Positions 39,707 through 50,912 of a DNA stretch of 64,000 nt are shown piece after piece. A model generated the notes under the pieces. It did no database searches. It saw nothing but the letters and a program-made list of their open reading frames with translations, and had not been told where the DNA came from. The DNA comes from Alphaproteobacteria bacterium (GTDB lineage: Bacteria; Pseudomonadota; Alphaproteobacteria; GCA-2731375), in NCBI GenBank assembly GCA_965225945.1, contig CBDDBZ010000038.1, forward strand, positions 288,001 to 352,000. Direction: 5' to 3'. Each line of letters starts with the position of its first letter. Within the stretch, counting starts at the first letter, position 1. Position numbers and translations under genes: made by a program.

Positions 39707-40474
39707 GTGCTGCTGACCGGCGCCTCGGAGGGGATCGGCCGGGCCCTCGCGCACGTCTTCGCGGCCCGGCGCCACGACCTGGTGCTGAGCGCACGCAACG
39801 GCAAGCGGCTGGAAACCCTGGCGGCGGAGCTCGAAAGCGCCCACGGCGTCCGGACCTGGATCGTGGTCCAGGACCTGGGTCGGCGTGACGCCGCCCAGGC
39901 GCTGCACGACGGCGTCGCGAAACTCGACGTCGAGATCGAGATCCTGGTCAACAACGCCGGCTACGGCCTCCATGGCCCCTTCCTGGACCGGGAGCTCGAC
40001 GGCCTGCTCGGCATAATCGACGTCAACGTGCGCACCTTGGTGGCGCTCTCGCATCTCCATGGCGATGAAATGCGCCGGCGCGGGCGCGGGCGCATCCTGA
40101 ACGTCGCTTCCACCGTCGCCTTCCTGCCGGGGCCGACCATGGCGGTCTATTTCGCCAGCAAGACTTTCGTCTTCCGCTTCACCGAATCGCTCCGCGCCGA
40201 GCTCGCCGGCTCGGGTGTGAGCGTCACCTGCCTTTGCCCCGGCATGACCGAGGCCAAGTTCCAGGAGCGGGCGGGAATGACCAACATCCGCCTCGCCGGG
40301 CTCACCATGGCGAGCGCGGAATCGGTGGCGGAGGCGGCTTACGAGGGGCTGATGGCCGGCCGCGCGGTGGTGCTGCCGGGCTTGCGCAACAAGCTCGCGC
40401 CCTTCGCCGAGCGCTTCATGCCGCGCTTCGTCATGCTGAAGTGTGGAACGGCGTGCAAAGTTGACCCCTGTTAA
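39707..40474 (+). CDS. SDR oxidoreductase; native C-terminus (IIHALMSRR*, 42995-43024) displaced by IS21; start uncertain
   Basis: TGASEGIG, LVNNAGYG, YFASK, CPGMT. Confidence 0.8.
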   Translation: MLLTGASEGIGRALAHVFAARRHDLVLSARNGKRLETLAAELESAHGVRTWIVVQDLGRRDAAQALHDGVAKLDVEIEILVNNAGYGLHGPFLDRELDGLLGIIDVNVRTLVALSHLHGDEMRRRGRGRILNVASTVAFLPGPTMAVYFASKTFVFRFTESLRAELAGSGVSVTCLCPGMTEAKFQERAGMTNIRLAGLTMASAESVAEAAYEGLMAGRAVVLPGLRNKLAPFAERFMPRFVMLKCGTACKVDPC

Positions 40475-40556
40475 GGGGTGATCGGCGTCCAAATTTGACC
40501 CCCTGAGCCTGGCTAGTCCAAGTCACCTCGTTTTTGGGCGGACGAGGTGGTGGGGG

Positions 40557-42068
40557 ATGTTGGTCGTGGAGACGATAGCGCGGATCCGGCGGGAGTATTT
40601 CGTCAAGGGGAAGCCGATCAAGGAGATCGTGCGGGACGTGAAGGTCTCGCGCAACACGGTGCGCAAGGTGATCTGTTCGCAGGCGACGGCGTTCACCTAC
40701 GACCGGCGGGTCCAGCCGATGCCGAAGCTGGGGCCGTGGACGGCCGAGCTGGAGCGGATGCTGGAGGCCAACGAGACCAAGTCGAAGCGGGAGCGGCTGA
40801 CGCTGCTACGGATCTCCGAAGCCCTCGAGGGTCTGGGCTATGGCGGCGGCTACGACGCGGTGCGGCGCTACGCCAAGGCGTGGCGGTGGCGCCGTTCGGC
40901 ATCGACGGCGCAGACCTATGTGCCGTTGGTGTTCTCGCCGGGCGAGGCCTATCAGTTCGACTGGAGCCACGAGTACGTGGTGCTGGCGGGGGTGACGACC
41001 AAGGTCAAGGTCGCGCACGTCCGGCTGTGCCACAGCCGAATGTTCTTCGTCCGCGCTTATCCGCGCGAGAGCCAGGAGATGGTGTTCGACGCCCACGACC
41101 GGGCATTCCGGCTGTTCCAGGGTGCCTGCCGGCGAGGCATCTACGACAACATGAAGACGGCGGTGCAGACCGTCCTCATCGGCAAGGAGCGCGCGTTCAA
41201 CCGGCGCTTCGTGCAGATGTGTGGCCACTACCTGGTCGAACCGACAGCATGCACGCCGGGAGCGGGATGGGAGAAGGGGCAGGTCGAGAACCAGGTCGGG
41301 ATCATCCGCGGTCGGTTCTTCACCCCGCGGCTGCGCTTCAAGACCTACGACGAGCTCAACGCCTGGCTCTTGGACCAGTGCGTCGCCTACGCCCGGCGTC
41401 ATCCCCACCCGGTGTTCAAGGACAGGACTGTCTGGCAGGTGTTCGAGGACGAGCGTCCGTCCCTGGTCGGCTATCGCGGGCCGTTCGACGGCTTCCACGC
41501 GGTCCCGGCGTCGGTGTCGAAGACCTGCCTGGTGCGCTTCGACAGCAACAAGTACAGCGTGGCGGCGCGCGCCGTCGGCCGTCCGGTCGAGGTCCATGCC
41601 TACGCCGATCGCATCGTCATCCGCCAGGACGGCGAGATCGTCGCCGAGCATGCCCGGCGCTTCGGCCGCGACCAGACCGTCTATGACCCGTGGCACTACG
41701 TGCCCGTGCTGGCGAGGAAGCCCGGTGCGCTTCGTAACGGCGCGCCGTTCAAGGACTGGGCGCTGCCCGGCGCCCTGGGTCGCGTGCGCGTCCGGCTCGC
41801 CGGCCACGACGACGGCGACAGGCAGATGGTCGAGATCCTCACCGCCGTGCTGGCGGATGGGCTGGCGGCGGTGGAGGCCGCCTGTGCCGAGGCGCTCGCT
41901 GGCGGCGTGTGCAGCGCCGACGTCGTGCTCAACATCCTCAATCGTCGGCGCCAGCCGTCCGAGACGGCGCCGATCCCGACGCCCGCGAACCTGCGTCTTC
42001 GCTTTGAGCCGGTGGCCGATTGCACCCGCTACGACCGCTTGAGGGGGGTCGGCCATGGAGCGCCATGA
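40557..42068 (+). CDS. istA: IS21 transposase
   Basis: [28 protein letters not shown]. Confidence 0.96.
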   Translation: MLVVETIARIRREYFVKGKPIKEIVRDVKVSRNTVRKVICSQATAFTYDRRVQPMPKLGPWTAELERMLEANETKSKRERLTLLRISEALEGLGYGGGYDAVRRYAKAWRWRRSASTAQTYVPLVFSPGEAYQFDWSHEYVVLAGVTTKVKVAHVRLCHSRMFFVRAYPRESQEMVFDAHDRAFRLFQGACRRGIYDNMKTAVQTVLIGKERAFNRRFVQMCGHYLVEPTACTPGAGWEKGQVENQVGIIRGRFFTPRLRFKTYDELNAWLLDQCVAYARRHPHPVFKDRTVWQVFEDERPSLVGYRGPFDGFHAVPASVSKTCLVRFDSNKYSVAARAVGRPVEVHAYADRIVIRQDGEIVAEHARRFGRDQTVYDPWHYVPVLARKPGALRNGAPFKDWALPGALGRVRVRLAGHDDGDRQMVEILTAVLADGLAAVEAACAEALAGGVCSADVVLNILNRRRQPSETAPIPTPANLRLRFEPVADCTRYDRLRGVGHGAP

Positions 42069-42783
42069 GGTCCTGGAGATGATGGCCGCACTCAAGCTCG
42101 CCGGCATGCGCGACGCGTTCGACGAGGTGCTCGCCGACGGCCTCAAGCGCCAGCATCCGATGCAGCGAATCATCGGCGAGCTGTTGAAGGCCGAGATCGC
42201 CGACAAGCAGGCGCGATCCATCAAGTACCAGATGAGTGGCGCCAAGCTGCCGCTGGCCAAGGAGCTGGCCGACTTCGACTTCACCGACACCCCGGTCAAC
42301 GAGCCGCTGGTCCGCGAGTTGGCGGTCGGCGGCTTCCTGGCCAACCAGCGCAACGCCGTGCTGATCGGCGGCACCGGCACCGGCAAGAGCCATCTCGCCG
42401 TCGCCATCGCGCGGGCCTGCATCCGCGATGGCGCCCGGGGCCGCTTCTTCAACGTCGTCGACCTGGTCAACCGGCTCGAGGCCGAAGCCCGCGCCGGCCG
42501 CCAGGGCCGGCTCGCCGATCAGCTGGCCCGGCGCGACCTCGTCATCCTCGACGAGCTCGGCTACCTGCCCTTCGCCCAAACCGGAGGCCAGCTGCTGTTC
42601 CACCTCGTCAGCCGGCTCTACGAGCGCACCTCGATCATCGTCACCACCAACCTGACCTTCGGCGAATGGCCGTCCGTCTTCGGCGACGCCAAGATGACCA
42701 CCGCGCTCCTCGATCGTCTGACGCACCACTGCGAGATCATCGAGACCGGAAACGACTCCTGGCGCTTCAAGAATCGGTCCTAA
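42055..42783 (+). CDS. istB: IS21 helper ATPase
   Basis: [26 protein letters not shown]. Confidence 0.96.
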   Translation: MERHEVLEMMAALKLAGMRDAFDEVLADGLKRQHPMQRIIGELLKAEIADKQARSIKYQMSGAKLPLAKELADFDFTDTPVNEPLVRELAVGGFLANQRNAVLIGGTGTGKSHLAVAIARACIRDGARGRFFNVVDLVNRLEAEARAGRQGRLADQLARRDLVILDELGYLPFAQTGGQLLFHLVSRLYERTSIIVTTNLTFGEWPSVFGDAKMTTALLDRLTHHCEIIETGNDSWRFKNRS

Positions 42784-43135
42784 AGGCAACCGATCCACCT
42801 GCCGCCCGGTCGCCCAGGTGGGCCCACAGGAACCTCCCACGCGCGGTCCGCCGCCAGCCGCGTGGTGGGCGCGTCGGCCCGCGCGCGGGCCCCTCCTATG
42901 GACTACCTGTACGACCTCCGCCGTGCATCCCCAAAGGGGTCAACATTGCACGCCGATAGGGGGTCAATGTTCAACGCCGATTGACATGCTGAAGATCATC
43001 CACGCCCTGATGAGCCGGCGCTGACGCACGGAGCGTGGCGGGCGAGGGCTCGCGTGGGCGCGATTAACCGGACGGCAAGACTTTTTCCCTAACTTCGATG
43101 ACGGAATCGCTATCCACATCGAGGGATAACCAGTC

Positions 43136-43468
43136 ATGCAATATGCTGCTGGTGCCGACTTGGAGGCGCACGAACGCCGCATCGACAAGCGATGGAAAGT
43201 GTTCGAGGTAGCGCTGCTCAGCGGGCAGGCCGGCGCTCGGGCCTGCGTCATCGCCAACCTCTCGGCGACAGGCGCGCTGGTCTCCGCCGAACTGGAATTG
43301 GCGATGGGCGCGGAGGTCGTCTTCGAGGTGGAGGATATCGGCCCGCTTCCCGCCACCGTGATGCACCGGCGCGGCTCGCTCATCGGCCTCAAGTTCGAGC
43401 TGGACCGGATCGACAATGCCGAGATCCATGCTTGGCTGGCGGAAGTCGAGAAAGAAGGCGCGGCCTGA
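43136..43468 (+). CDS. PilZ-domain protein
   Basis: ERRIDKR (RxxxR) and NLSATGA (D/NxSxxG). Confidence 0.8.
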   Translation: MQYAAGADLEAHERRIDKRWKVFEVALLSGQAGARACVIANLSATGALVSAELELAMGAEVVFEVEDIGPLPATVMHRRGSLIGLKFELDRIDNAEIHAWLAEVEKEGAA

Positions 43469-43476
43469 TACATCCC

Positions 43477-43494
43477 CTAGTGGATAGAATCCAA
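43477..43494 (+). repeat. Solo left end of the CTAGTGGATAGAATCCAA MITE family
   Basis: 18-bp identity to 60486-60503. Confidence 0.7.
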
Positions 43495-43590
43495 TCCCGC
43501 CATCTTTGGTAGAATTCAAAACCTGACGAAGCCTCTGTCACATGGACCGGTCATATCCTGTGTTGGCGACAGGGGTTGGCGGCGGGGCGG

Positions 43591-45501
43591 TCAAGCTTTA
43601 TCTCCGTTGGTATAATCCATGATCCGTTGGGCCGCGTCCTCGGCGCTAATTCGCGTCGTGTCCAGCCTGATCTCGGGATTCTCCGGGGCTTCGTAGGGCG
43701 AGTCGAGGCCGGTGAAGTTCTTGATCTCGCCCGTCCGCGCGCGGGCGTAGAGGCCCTTGGGATCGCGCGTCTCGCAGACCGCAAGCGGCGTGTCGATGAA
43801 GATCTCGACGAATTCGTGCCTGTCCACCAGCTCGCGGACCATGTCACGCTCCGCCCGGAAGGGCGAGATGAAGGACACCAGGACGATCAATCCCGCATCC
43901 AGCATCAGCTTCGCGACCTCGCCGATACGGCGGATGTTTTCCACCCGGTCGGCCTCGGTGAAGCCGAGGTCGCGGTTGAGGCCGTGGCGCACGTTGTTGC
44001 CGTCCAGCAGACAGGTATGGCGCCCCTCGGCCTGCAGCTTGCGCTCCAGCAGGTTGGCGATGGTCGACTTGCCCGAGCCCGAGAGCCCGGTGAACCATAG
44101 AATTCGCGGCGTCTGCCGCTTCTGCCCGGCCCGGACCGCCTTGTCGATGTCGACGGCCTGCCAGGGGATGTTTTGCGCCCTACGCAGTCCGAAGTCGATC
44201 ATGCCGGCGGCGACGGTCTGGTTGGAGACGCGATCGATCAGAATGAACGATCCGGTGGCGCGGTTCTCGGCGTAGGCATCGAAGGCGATTTCGGCGTCGA
44301 GGGCGAGGTTGCAGACGCCGATCTCGTTCAAGCCAAGCACCTTGGCGGCCTCGCGGCGCGGCGAATGGAGGTCGATGCGCCCCTTGATTTGGGTCACCGA
44401 GGCCCCGACTACCCGGTTGGCGGCCTTCAGCAAATAGCCGCGGCCCGGCAGCAGATCGAGCTCGTGCAGCCAGATGATGGTGGCCTGGAACTGATCGGCT
44501 TGCTCGGGCCGGGCGCCGGCCGGCGCGATCAGGTCGCCTCGGGCGACGTCCATTTCGTCCGCGAGCGTCAAGGTTACCGCCTCGCCGGCGCGGGCCTCTT
44601 GCCTGTCGCCTTCCCAGGTGACGATCCGCTCGACCCGGCTGGCACGCCCGCCCGGCAGCACCACGATCTCCTCGCCGGGGCGAATACGCCCCGACGCGAT
44701 GGTGCCGGCATAGCCCCGGAAGTCCGAGTTCGCCCGGTTGACCCACTGCACGGACAAGCGAAACGGCCGTGCCTGGATGTCGGAGGCCACGTAGACGGTC
44801 TCCAAATGCGACAGCAAGGTCGGTCCGCGATACCAGGCCATGTTCGCGCTTGACCCCACGATGTTGTCACCCCTCAAGCCCGACAGCGGCACCGCGTGCA
44901 CATCCTCGAGCCCGATCTCGCCGGCGAAGGCGTGGAAATCCTCGGCGATCGTCTCGAAGACCCCCTGGTCCCAGGCCACCAGATCCATCTTGTTGACGGC
45001 CAGAACCACATGGCGGATGCCGAGGAGGGCCGAGATTCGGGTGTGCCGCCGCGTCTGCGTCACCACGCCGCCCCGCGCGTCCACCAGGATCACCGCCAGT
45101 TCCGCAGTGGAAGCACCCGTCGCCATGTTGCGCGTGTACTGCTCGTCTCCGGGGCTATCGGCGACGATGAACTTGCGTTTCGCCGTGGCGAAATAGCGAT
45201 AGGCGACGTCGATGGTGATGCCCTGCTCGCGCTCGGCGGCCAGGCCGTCGAGCAGCAGCGCCAGGTCCATCTCGTGGCCCTGGGTACCGAACTTGCGGCT
45301 GTCGAGCTCCAGCGCGCGAAGCTGGTCCTCGAGGATCAGCTTCGAATCGAACAGGATCCGCCCGATTAGCGTGCTCTTCCCGTCACCGACGCTGCCGCAG
45401 GTGATGAAGCGCAGGACGTCGAGCTCGCCTCGGGCCGCCATATGGCCTTCGATGGCACCGGTTGCCGCCTCGACGCCGACGGTGGGTCGACTCTCCGCCA
45501 T
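43591..45501 (-). CDS. cysNC: Bifunctional sulfate adenylyltransferase subunit 1 / APS kinase (CysNC/NodQ type) with motif substitutions
   Basis: [28 protein letters not shown]; [19 protein letters not shown]. Confidence 0.93.
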   Translation of the reverse strand: MAESRPTVGVEAATGAIEGHMAARGELDVLRFITCGSVGDGKSTLIGRILFDSKLILEDQLRALELDSRKFGTQGHEMDLALLLDGLAAEREQGITIDVAYRYFATAKRKFIVADSPGDEQYTRNMATGASTAELAVILVDARGGVVTQTRRHTRISALLGIRHVVLAVNKMDLVAWDQGVFETIAEDFHAFAGEIGLEDVHAVPLSGLRGDNIVGSSANMAWYRGPTLLSHLETVYVASDIQARPFRLSVQWVNRANSDFRGYAGTIASGRIRPGEEIVVLPGGRASRVERIVTWEGDRQEARAGEAVTLTLADEMDVARGDLIAPAGARPEQADQFQATIIWLHELDLLPGRGYLLKAANRVVGASVTQIKGRIDLHSPRREAAKVLGLNEIGVCNLALDAEIAFDAYAENRATGSFILIDRVSNQTVAAGMIDFGLRRAQNIPWQAVDIDKAVRAGQKRQTPRILWFTGLSGSGKSTIANLLERKLQAEGRHTCLLDGNNVRHGLNRDLGFTEADRVENIRRIGEVAKLMLDAGLIVLVSFISPFRAERDMVRELVDRHEFVEIFIDTPLAVCETRDPKGLYARARTGEIKNFTGLDSPYEAPENPEIRLDTTRISAEDAAQRIMDYTNGDKA

Positions 45502-46403
45502 CAGAAGTAACCCTCGCGCTTCTTCTGCTCCATCGAGGCCTCCGCGTCGTGGTCGATAACCCGTCCCTCGCGCTCCGAGCTGCGCGCGACGAGCATCTCG
45601 GAGAGGATTTCGGGCAAGCTCGTGGCACTCGATTCGATGGCCCCGGTAAGCGGGTAGCAGCCCAGCGTCCGGAACCGCACCAGCTTCATCGCCGGCACCT
45701 CGCCGCGGGCCAAGGGCATTCGGTCGTCGTCGACCATGATCAAGCTCCCCTCGCGCGCCACCACCGGTCGCGGCGCGGCAAAATAGAGCGGCACTAGGGG
45801 GATGTTCTCAAGGTGGATGTATTGCCAGATGTCGAGTTCGGTCCAGTTCGACAGCGGGAATACGCGCAAGCTCTCGCCGGGCCCGACGCGGGTGTTGAAA
45901 AGGTTCCAGAGTTCGGGCCGCTGGCTCTTGGGGTTCCACTGGTGGTTGGCGTCGCGGAACGAGAAGATGCGCTCCTTGGCGCGGCTTTTCTCCTCGTCGC
46001 GCCGCGCCCCGCCGAAGGCGGCATCGAAGTCGTGCCGGTCCAGGACCTGCCGCAAGGCCTGGGTCTTCATCACCTCGGTGTGCACCGAGGAGCCGTGGGT
46101 GAACGGCCCTATGCCGCGATCCAAGCCCTCCTGGTTGACGTGCACGATCAGCTCGAGGCCGAGTTCGCCCGCCGTGCGGTCGCGAAACGCGATCATCTCG
46201 CGGAACTTCCAGGTGGTATCGACGTGAAGCAGGGGGAAAGGCGGCTTCGCGGGATGAAACGCCTTCATCGCCAGGCGCAACATCACCGAGGAATCCTTGC
46301 CGATGGAGTAGAGCATCACCGGCCGGCGGCATTCGGCCACCACCTCGCGCATGATGTCGATGCTTTCCGCCTCCAAGCGGGCGAGGTGGCTGAACTTGCT
46401 CAT
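45501..46403 (-). CDS. cysD: Sulfate adenylyltransferase subunit 2
   Basis: [38 protein letters not shown]. Confidence 0.97.
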   Translation of the reverse strand: MSKFSHLARLEAESIDIMREVVAECRRPVMLYSIGKDSSVMLRLAMKAFHPAKPPFPLLHVDTTWKFREMIAFRDRTAGELGLELIVHVNQEGLDRGIGPFTHGSSVHTEVMKTQALRQVLDRHDFDAAFGGARRDEEKSRAKERIFSFRDANHQWNPKSQRPELWNLFNTRVGPGESLRVFPLSNWTELDIWQYIHLENIPLVPLYFAAPRPVVAREGSLIMVDDDRMPLARGEVPAMKLVRFRTLGCYPLTGAIESSATSLPEILSEMLVARSSEREGRVIDHDAEASMEQKKREGYF

Positions 46404-46648
46404 GAAGTGGGGCCTGTTCGAACTGGCCGCTCTGTAGCCATCGCCATATTCCAAGTCAAGCTGGCCACTCCGTATCGGCGCGGGCCTGCGTTATCGACGG
46501 TCGTTCGCGTCGACCGCTTCCAGCCCCGGAAACCAGTCGTCGATCCGACCGAGCCGCTCGTTTGGTTCCGTGAAACAGCGGTGGCCCGACCGGCGGACGG
46601 CTTTCGCCAAATCCAGCATGACGCCCGGACGCGTCTCGACCCCCGATT

Positions 46649-47071
46649 TCAGGATCCCGACCTCGCCTGAACCCAGTTCTCGATCTCCAGGTCGTCGATG
46701 CGCCGGAATTCCCGTTCGTTGTTGGTGACGAGAACGAAATGTTCCGACCTGGCGTGCGCCGCAATCCAAAGATCGTTGTTTCCGATGATCTCTCCCCTCG
46801 CTTCCAGCTCCGCCCTGATCGATCCATAAGCGCGAGCGGCATCGACGGGGAGCGGAAGTACGGTCAGGAAGCTCGCAAGCTCGTCCAGCTTGCCCATGGC
46901 CGATGCAGCATCGCTACTCTTCGCCGCACCAAATACGAGCTCACCAAAGGTAATGATCGACAAGGCCGCTTCGCCGATGGCAAGGCGTTTGAATCGCTCC
47001 AATAGCTCGGGCGGTCTTCGCTGGCGGATGTAGATGCAGATGTTCGTATCGAGGAGATACTTGGGCACCAT
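46649..47071 (-). CDS. vapC: VapC PIN-domain toxin
   Basis: YLLDTNICI, GELVFG, IGNNDLWIAAHA, LVTNNEREF. Confidence 0.95.
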   Translation of the reverse strand: MVPKYLLDTNICIYIRQRRPPELLERFKRLAIGEAALSIITFGELVFGAAKSSDAASAMGKLDELASFLTVLPLPVDAARAYGSIRAELEARGEIIGNNDLWIAAHARSEHFVLVTNNEREFRRIDDLEIENWVQARSGS

Positions 47072-47302
47072 TCAAAGGCTTTCGCGCGACTGCGGCGGGC
47101 TATCGTTGCGACCATCTGCCATGAAGTCCTCGGGCAATTCGGCCAAAATTTCGAAGGCGCGTCCCATGTCGCGAATCTTTTCGCGCAGCACGACCTCATC
47201 GCCTCTTCTGAAGATCTCGACCTCCTGGCCGCGGAAGCGGAACTGCTTCGGCAGGCGGACGGCCTGACTGTTTCCGGAACGAAATATACGGGCTGTCGGC
47301 AT
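47072..47302 (-). CDS. vapB: VapB AbrB-type antitoxin
   Basis: ARIFRSGNSQAVRLPKQFRF. Confidence 0.95.
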   Translation of the reverse strand: MPTARIFRSGNSQAVRLPKQFRFRGQEVEIFRRGDEVVLREKIRDMGRAFEILAELPEDFMADGRNDSPPQSRESL

Positions 47303-47314
47303 CATCGACTCCAA

Positions 47315-47338
47315 TGTATATACAGGAACGTATATATT
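47315..47338. promoter_or_regulatory. Candidate vapBC operator palindromes
   Basis: TGTATATACA and CGTATATAT just upstream of vapB. Confidence 0.55.
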
Positions 47339-47411
47339 TTTTAAGACATGTCAACGCCAGCCTCCTCGCGCGTCTCGCCCCGTGGCGCGGCGCGTCGGGC
47401 CGCCCGTTGCG

Positions 47412-47720
47412 TCAAGCCCGGGCCGGGTCGGGGCCGACGACCGCGCTCTCCAAGCGTTTCTTTCGCGACGCCCTGCGGACGCGCCTGGCACGATGTGCTT
47501 GGTCGTCGTCGGGCGTGAGGCGGGTGATGGTGGACTTGGCGATCAGGCAAAACCCGCCGTCGCCGTCGACGAAGGGCAGGAAGGGCCGCGGGGAGTCGAG
47601 GATGTCGGAGACACGCATATCCGAGGGGACGAAGATGAACCCCTCCAAGCTCTCGCCGTCGAAGGTCTTCAAATTGACGGCGACGCGGCTCCTCGGTTGC
47701 CATTGCGGATTTTGCTGCAT
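47412..47720 (-). CDS. Small hypothetical protein
   Basis: LEGFIFV...RVSDIL...FLPF...LIAKSTI pattern; plausible RBS. Confidence 0.6.
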   Translation of the reverse strand: MQQNPQWQPRSRVAVNLKTFDGESLEGFIFVPSDMRVSDILDSPRPFLPFVDGDGGFCLIAKSTITRLTPDDDQAHRARRVRRASRKKRLESAVVGPDPARA

Positions 47721-47811
47721 TTCCGGCCAGCTTCCTCGCGCGTCTCGACCGCCGCCCGCTCGCAGTCGGGCCGCCCGAGATGTAGCGCCGAAAAGGTTGA
47801 AATCGTCTTAA

Positions 47812-48417
47812 TCATCGCGCCTGGCGCGGCGCTCGATCCTGCAGCGCGGCCAGGAAGGCGGCGCCATCGCGGGCCAGGAAGGCCTCGGCGGCGAGCGCCG
47901 CGAAAGTCCGGAGCACGATCAGATCCGGCTCGGAAAAGGTGTGCCGTGCCCGAGCCGCCATAATGAGCTGCCCCATCATCTCCGCGCCCCGCGTCATCGG
48001 CCCATAGAGCGTCGAGCCCATCCGCGCCGTCTTCAGGATCTGCTTGAAATCGCCATGTTCGTCGGTGTCGGCGAGGAGCAGCGCCGAGCGTGTCCGGTAG
48101 ACGCGGCCCGGATGGCCGGTATCGATCGGGATGCGGAGGCGGTGCTGCTCGGCGGGAAAGCCGCGCTCGGCGACGAGGACGTGACCGCTCGCCTCGGGCA
48201 GGACCAGGAAGAAGCCGGCGACGAAGAACTGCGTCTCGCCCTGCTTCAACGCGCCCGGCACGAGATCCGCCGAGCGGTCGCCCAAGAGCTCGAAGACCGC
48301 GTCGGTGACGAGACGGAGCGCCGCCTCCGCCTCGTCCACCGCCGCGAGCGCCGCACCGAGCCCGGCCAGGCTATCCAGCGCGGTCCGGCGGAAGACGTCG
48401 AGGTCGCGCCCGCTCAA
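47812..48417 (-). CDS. Stand-alone GAF-domain protein
   Basis: TTG start overlaps the upstream TGA; LVAERGFP...GHPGRVY...STLYGPM...FSEPDL. Confidence 0.75.
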   Translation of the reverse strand: MSGRDLDVFRRTALDSLAGLGAALAAVDEAEAALRLVTDAVFELLGDRSADLVPGALKQGETQFFVAGFFLVLPEASGHVLVAERGFPAEQHRLRIPIDTGHPGRVYRTRSALLLADTDEHGDFKQILKTARMGSTLYGPMTRGAEMMGQLIMAARARHTFSEPDLIVLRTFAALAAEAFLARDGAAFLAALQDRAPRQAR

Positions 48418-49283
48418 CTTGGCCCGTCCGCCGGATGGACCGCGCGCCAGCGCGCCGCGATCTCCGCCCGGGTGGCGAGCCAGGCCCCTTGGTGGCGCTT
48501 GACGTGGCGGATGAAGGAATCGAGCGCGCCGATCCGCCCCGGCCGGCCGATGATCCGCAAGTGGACGCCGAGCGACATCATCCGCGCAGGCCCCCCCGCC
48601 GCCTCCCGGTGCAACCAGTCGAAGCTGTCGATCGCGTAGTCGAGCCATTGCCTCGGTGTCAGCGCCGGCGCGGTCCACATCTTCATGTCGTTGGAATCCA
48701 TCGCATAGGGCAGCACCAGGATCGGCTTGCCACAGGCCCGGTCCCAGAACGGCAGATCGTCCGAATAGTCGTCCATGTGGTAGCCGAAGCCCTCTTCGAT
48801 CAGCAGGCGCCGGGTATTCTCGCTCAGCAAGTAGCGCGACAGCCAGCCCTCCGGCGCCCGTCCGGTGGTCCGCTCGATGCTGTCGCGGGCGGCCCGGATG
48901 AAAGTGCGTTCCGCCGCCTCGTCCATGGCGAACTGGTGCACCCAGCGGTGACCGTGGGCGCAGACTTCATGGCCCCGGGCGGCGATCTCGGCGGCGAGCT
49001 CGGGCGCCCGCTCCAAGGCGATTGCCGCGGCGGTGAAGGTGACGGCGATCCCGTGGCTGTCCAAGAGCCGCATGACCCTAGGGGCGCCGGCCTTGATGCC
49101 GTAGCGGTAGTTGCTCTCGTTGCCGTAGTTGCGGACCGGCTTGCGGAGCACCACGCTCAGTTCGTCGACCGGGTCCGGACCCCGATCGCCGTCGGCGATG
49201 CTCATCTCCGCACCCTCCTCGACGTTGACGACCAGCGAGACGGCAAGCCCGCCCTCTTCCGGCCAGCGCATCGCGACATCCAT
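48414..49283 (-). CDS. Polysaccharide deacetylase family protein (PuuE allantoinase-like)
   Basis: VNVEEGAE, ESNYRYG, HEVCAHGHRW, DLPFW, MSLGVHLRIIGRPGR. Confidence 0.88.
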   Translation of the reverse strand: MDVAMRWPEEGGLAVSLVVNVEEGAEMSIADGDRGPDPVDELSVVLRKPVRNYGNESNYRYGIKAGAPRVMRLLDSHGIAVTFTAAAIALERAPELAAEIAARGHEVCAHGHRWVHQFAMDEAAERTFIRAARDSIERTTGRAPEGWLSRYLLSENTRRLLIEEGFGYHMDDYSDDLPFWDRACGKPILVLPYAMDSNDMKMWTAPALTPRQWLDYAIDSFDWLHREAAGGPARMMSLGVHLRIIGRPGRIGALDSFIRHVKRHQGAWLATRAEIAARWRAVHPADGPS

Positions 49284-49424
49284 GGCGTTATTCTCCCCCG
49301 TGGCCATCACCGCGTGGTCCTCCCCGCGTGACGCGAGGCTCGCCGCCGGGCCGCCAAGCTGTCAAGTGAGGCGTCCGGCTTGCTAGACTTCGCGCAACTG
49401 AGGACCGAGCGAAGGAGAGCGACG

Positions 49425-50912
49425 ATGGACGATCCGACACGGGCGGGTGCCCTGGAGCTGGCGGCTGAGATCCGCGCCGGCCGGCTGACGGCGGGCGAGG
49501 TGGTGGCGGCGCATCTCGCCCGGATCGAGGAGTTGAACCCGATCGTCAACGCCGTCTGCACCCTCAACCCCGACGCGGTGGCGGAGGCGGAAGCGGTCGA
49601 TGCCCGCAACCGGGCGGGCGGGGCGCCGCGCGCTCTCGACGGCGTGCCCTTCCTCGCCAAGGACAACCTGTGGACCAAGGGGCTTCGCACCACCTATGGC
49701 TCCCGCCTGCTGGAGGATTTCGTTCCCGACGTCGATTCGATCGCGATTCAACGACTGCGCGCGGCCGGCGCCGTGCTGGTGGGCAAGACCAACACGCCGG
49801 AGTTCGCGCACGACGTGAACACCGCCAACTTCCTGTTCGGCACCACCCGCAACCCTTGGGACCTGAACCGCACCGCCGGCGGCTCCAGCGGCGGCAGCGC
49901 GGCGGCGCTGGCCGCGCGCTTCGCGCCGCTCGCGCTCGGCACCGACCTCGGCGGCTCGATCCGGGGGCCATCGTCGTTCAACAACACGGTCGGCATCCGG
50001 CCCTCGCCCGGACGGGTGCCGGCCTGGCCCACGGATCTCGCCTGGGGCGCCATGGTCTCCAGCGTCACCGGGCCGATGACCAGGAGCGTCGCCGACGCGG
50101 CGGCGATGCTGGCGACAATCTCCGGGCCCGACGACCGCGATCCCGCGACGTTGCCCGAGGACGGTATGGACTATCTGGCGGCCGCGAGTGCGCCGCCGCC
50201 GCTCCAGGGCAAGCGCATCGCATATACCCCCGATATCGGCGGCCTGGTGCCGGTGGCGCCGGAGGTGGCGGCCATGGCCCGGGCGGCGGCGATGCGCTTC
50301 CGCGAGCTCGGCTGCGAGGTGGTCGAGGACTGCTTCGATGCCGCCGGCCTGGTGGAGATCATCTCCGGCACCCGCTCCTTCGCCATGGTCGCGCGTTACG
50401 CCGAGCGTTACGAGGCGCACAAGGAGCTGATGACCCCGCCGCTGCTGGCCCAGATCGAGGCGGGCCTCGCCACCGACATCGCCGCCATGACAGGTGCGGA
50501 GCGAATGCGGGGCGAGTATTGGCAGCGGGTGCGGGTTTTCCTCGAGAGCTACGACTACATCATCACGCCGACGGTCGGCGTGCCGGCCTTCCGGCTCGAT
50601 GCGCCGCTACCAAGCAAGATCGGGGAGCGGGTGGTCGAACGCTATTACGATTCCTTCCTCACCACCTACGCCTTCTCGTTGACCGGACTGCCGATCGTCG
50701 CCGTGCCGGCGGGACTTAGCGCGGAGGGCCTCCCCGTCGGCATCCAGATCGTCGGCCGCCGCCTGCGCGACGACGAGGTGATCGCCGCCGGCGCCGCTTA
50801 CGAGGCGCTGGCACCGGAGCTCTTCCGCACGCCCGAGATCGACCCCGCGAGCGCGGTGGAGCTGGGCGAGGCCTTTTCCTCCCCCGGCCTGGTGCTGAAG
50901 CGGCCGATGTGA
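49425..50912 (+). CDS. Amidase-signature family amidase
   Basis: KDN, GKTNTPEF, GGSSGGS, GTDLGGSIRGP. Confidence 0.93.
   Translation: MDDPTRAGALELAAEIRAGRLTAGEVVAAHLARIEELNPIVNAVCTLNPDAVAEAEAVDARNRAGGAPRALDGVPFLAKDNLWTKGLRTTYGSRLLEDFVPDVDSIAIQRLRAAGAVLVGKTNTPEFAHDVNTANFLFGTTRNPWDLNRTAGGSSGGSAAALAARFAPLALGTDLGGSIRGPSSFNNTVGIRPSPGRVPAWPTDLAWGAMVSSVTGPMTRSVADAAAMLATISGPDDRDPATLPEDGMDYLAAASAPPPLQGKRIAYTPDIGGLVPVAPEVAAMARAAAMRFRELGCEVVEDCFDAAGLVEIISGTRSFAMVARYAERYEAHKELMTPPLLAQIEAGLATDIAAMTGAERMRGEYWQRVRVFLESYDYIITPTVGVPAFRLDAPLPSKIGERVVERYYDSFLTTYAFSLTGLPIVAVPAGLSAEGLPVGIQIVGRRLRDDEVIAAGAAYEALAPELFRTPEIDPASAVELGEAFSSPGLVLKRPM

Larger units (their letters stand above)
40442..42986 (+). mobile_element. 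IS21-family insertion sequence
   Basis: TG...CA ends with repeated TTGACCCC/GGGGTCAA subterminal motifs; 8-bp TSD TGCTGAAG (40434-41, 42987-94). Confidence 0.95.

Noticed and set aside
42981-43010. Hybrid promoter from the outward-facing TTGACA at the IS21 right end driving the PilZ gene
   Set aside because: No -10-like hexamer 16-18 bp downstream.
46491-46660. Possible gene remnant (GILKSGVETRPGVMLDLAKAVRR...) between cysD and vapC
   Set aside because: Protein-like but matches no family I can recognise and has no start signal; needs BLASTX.
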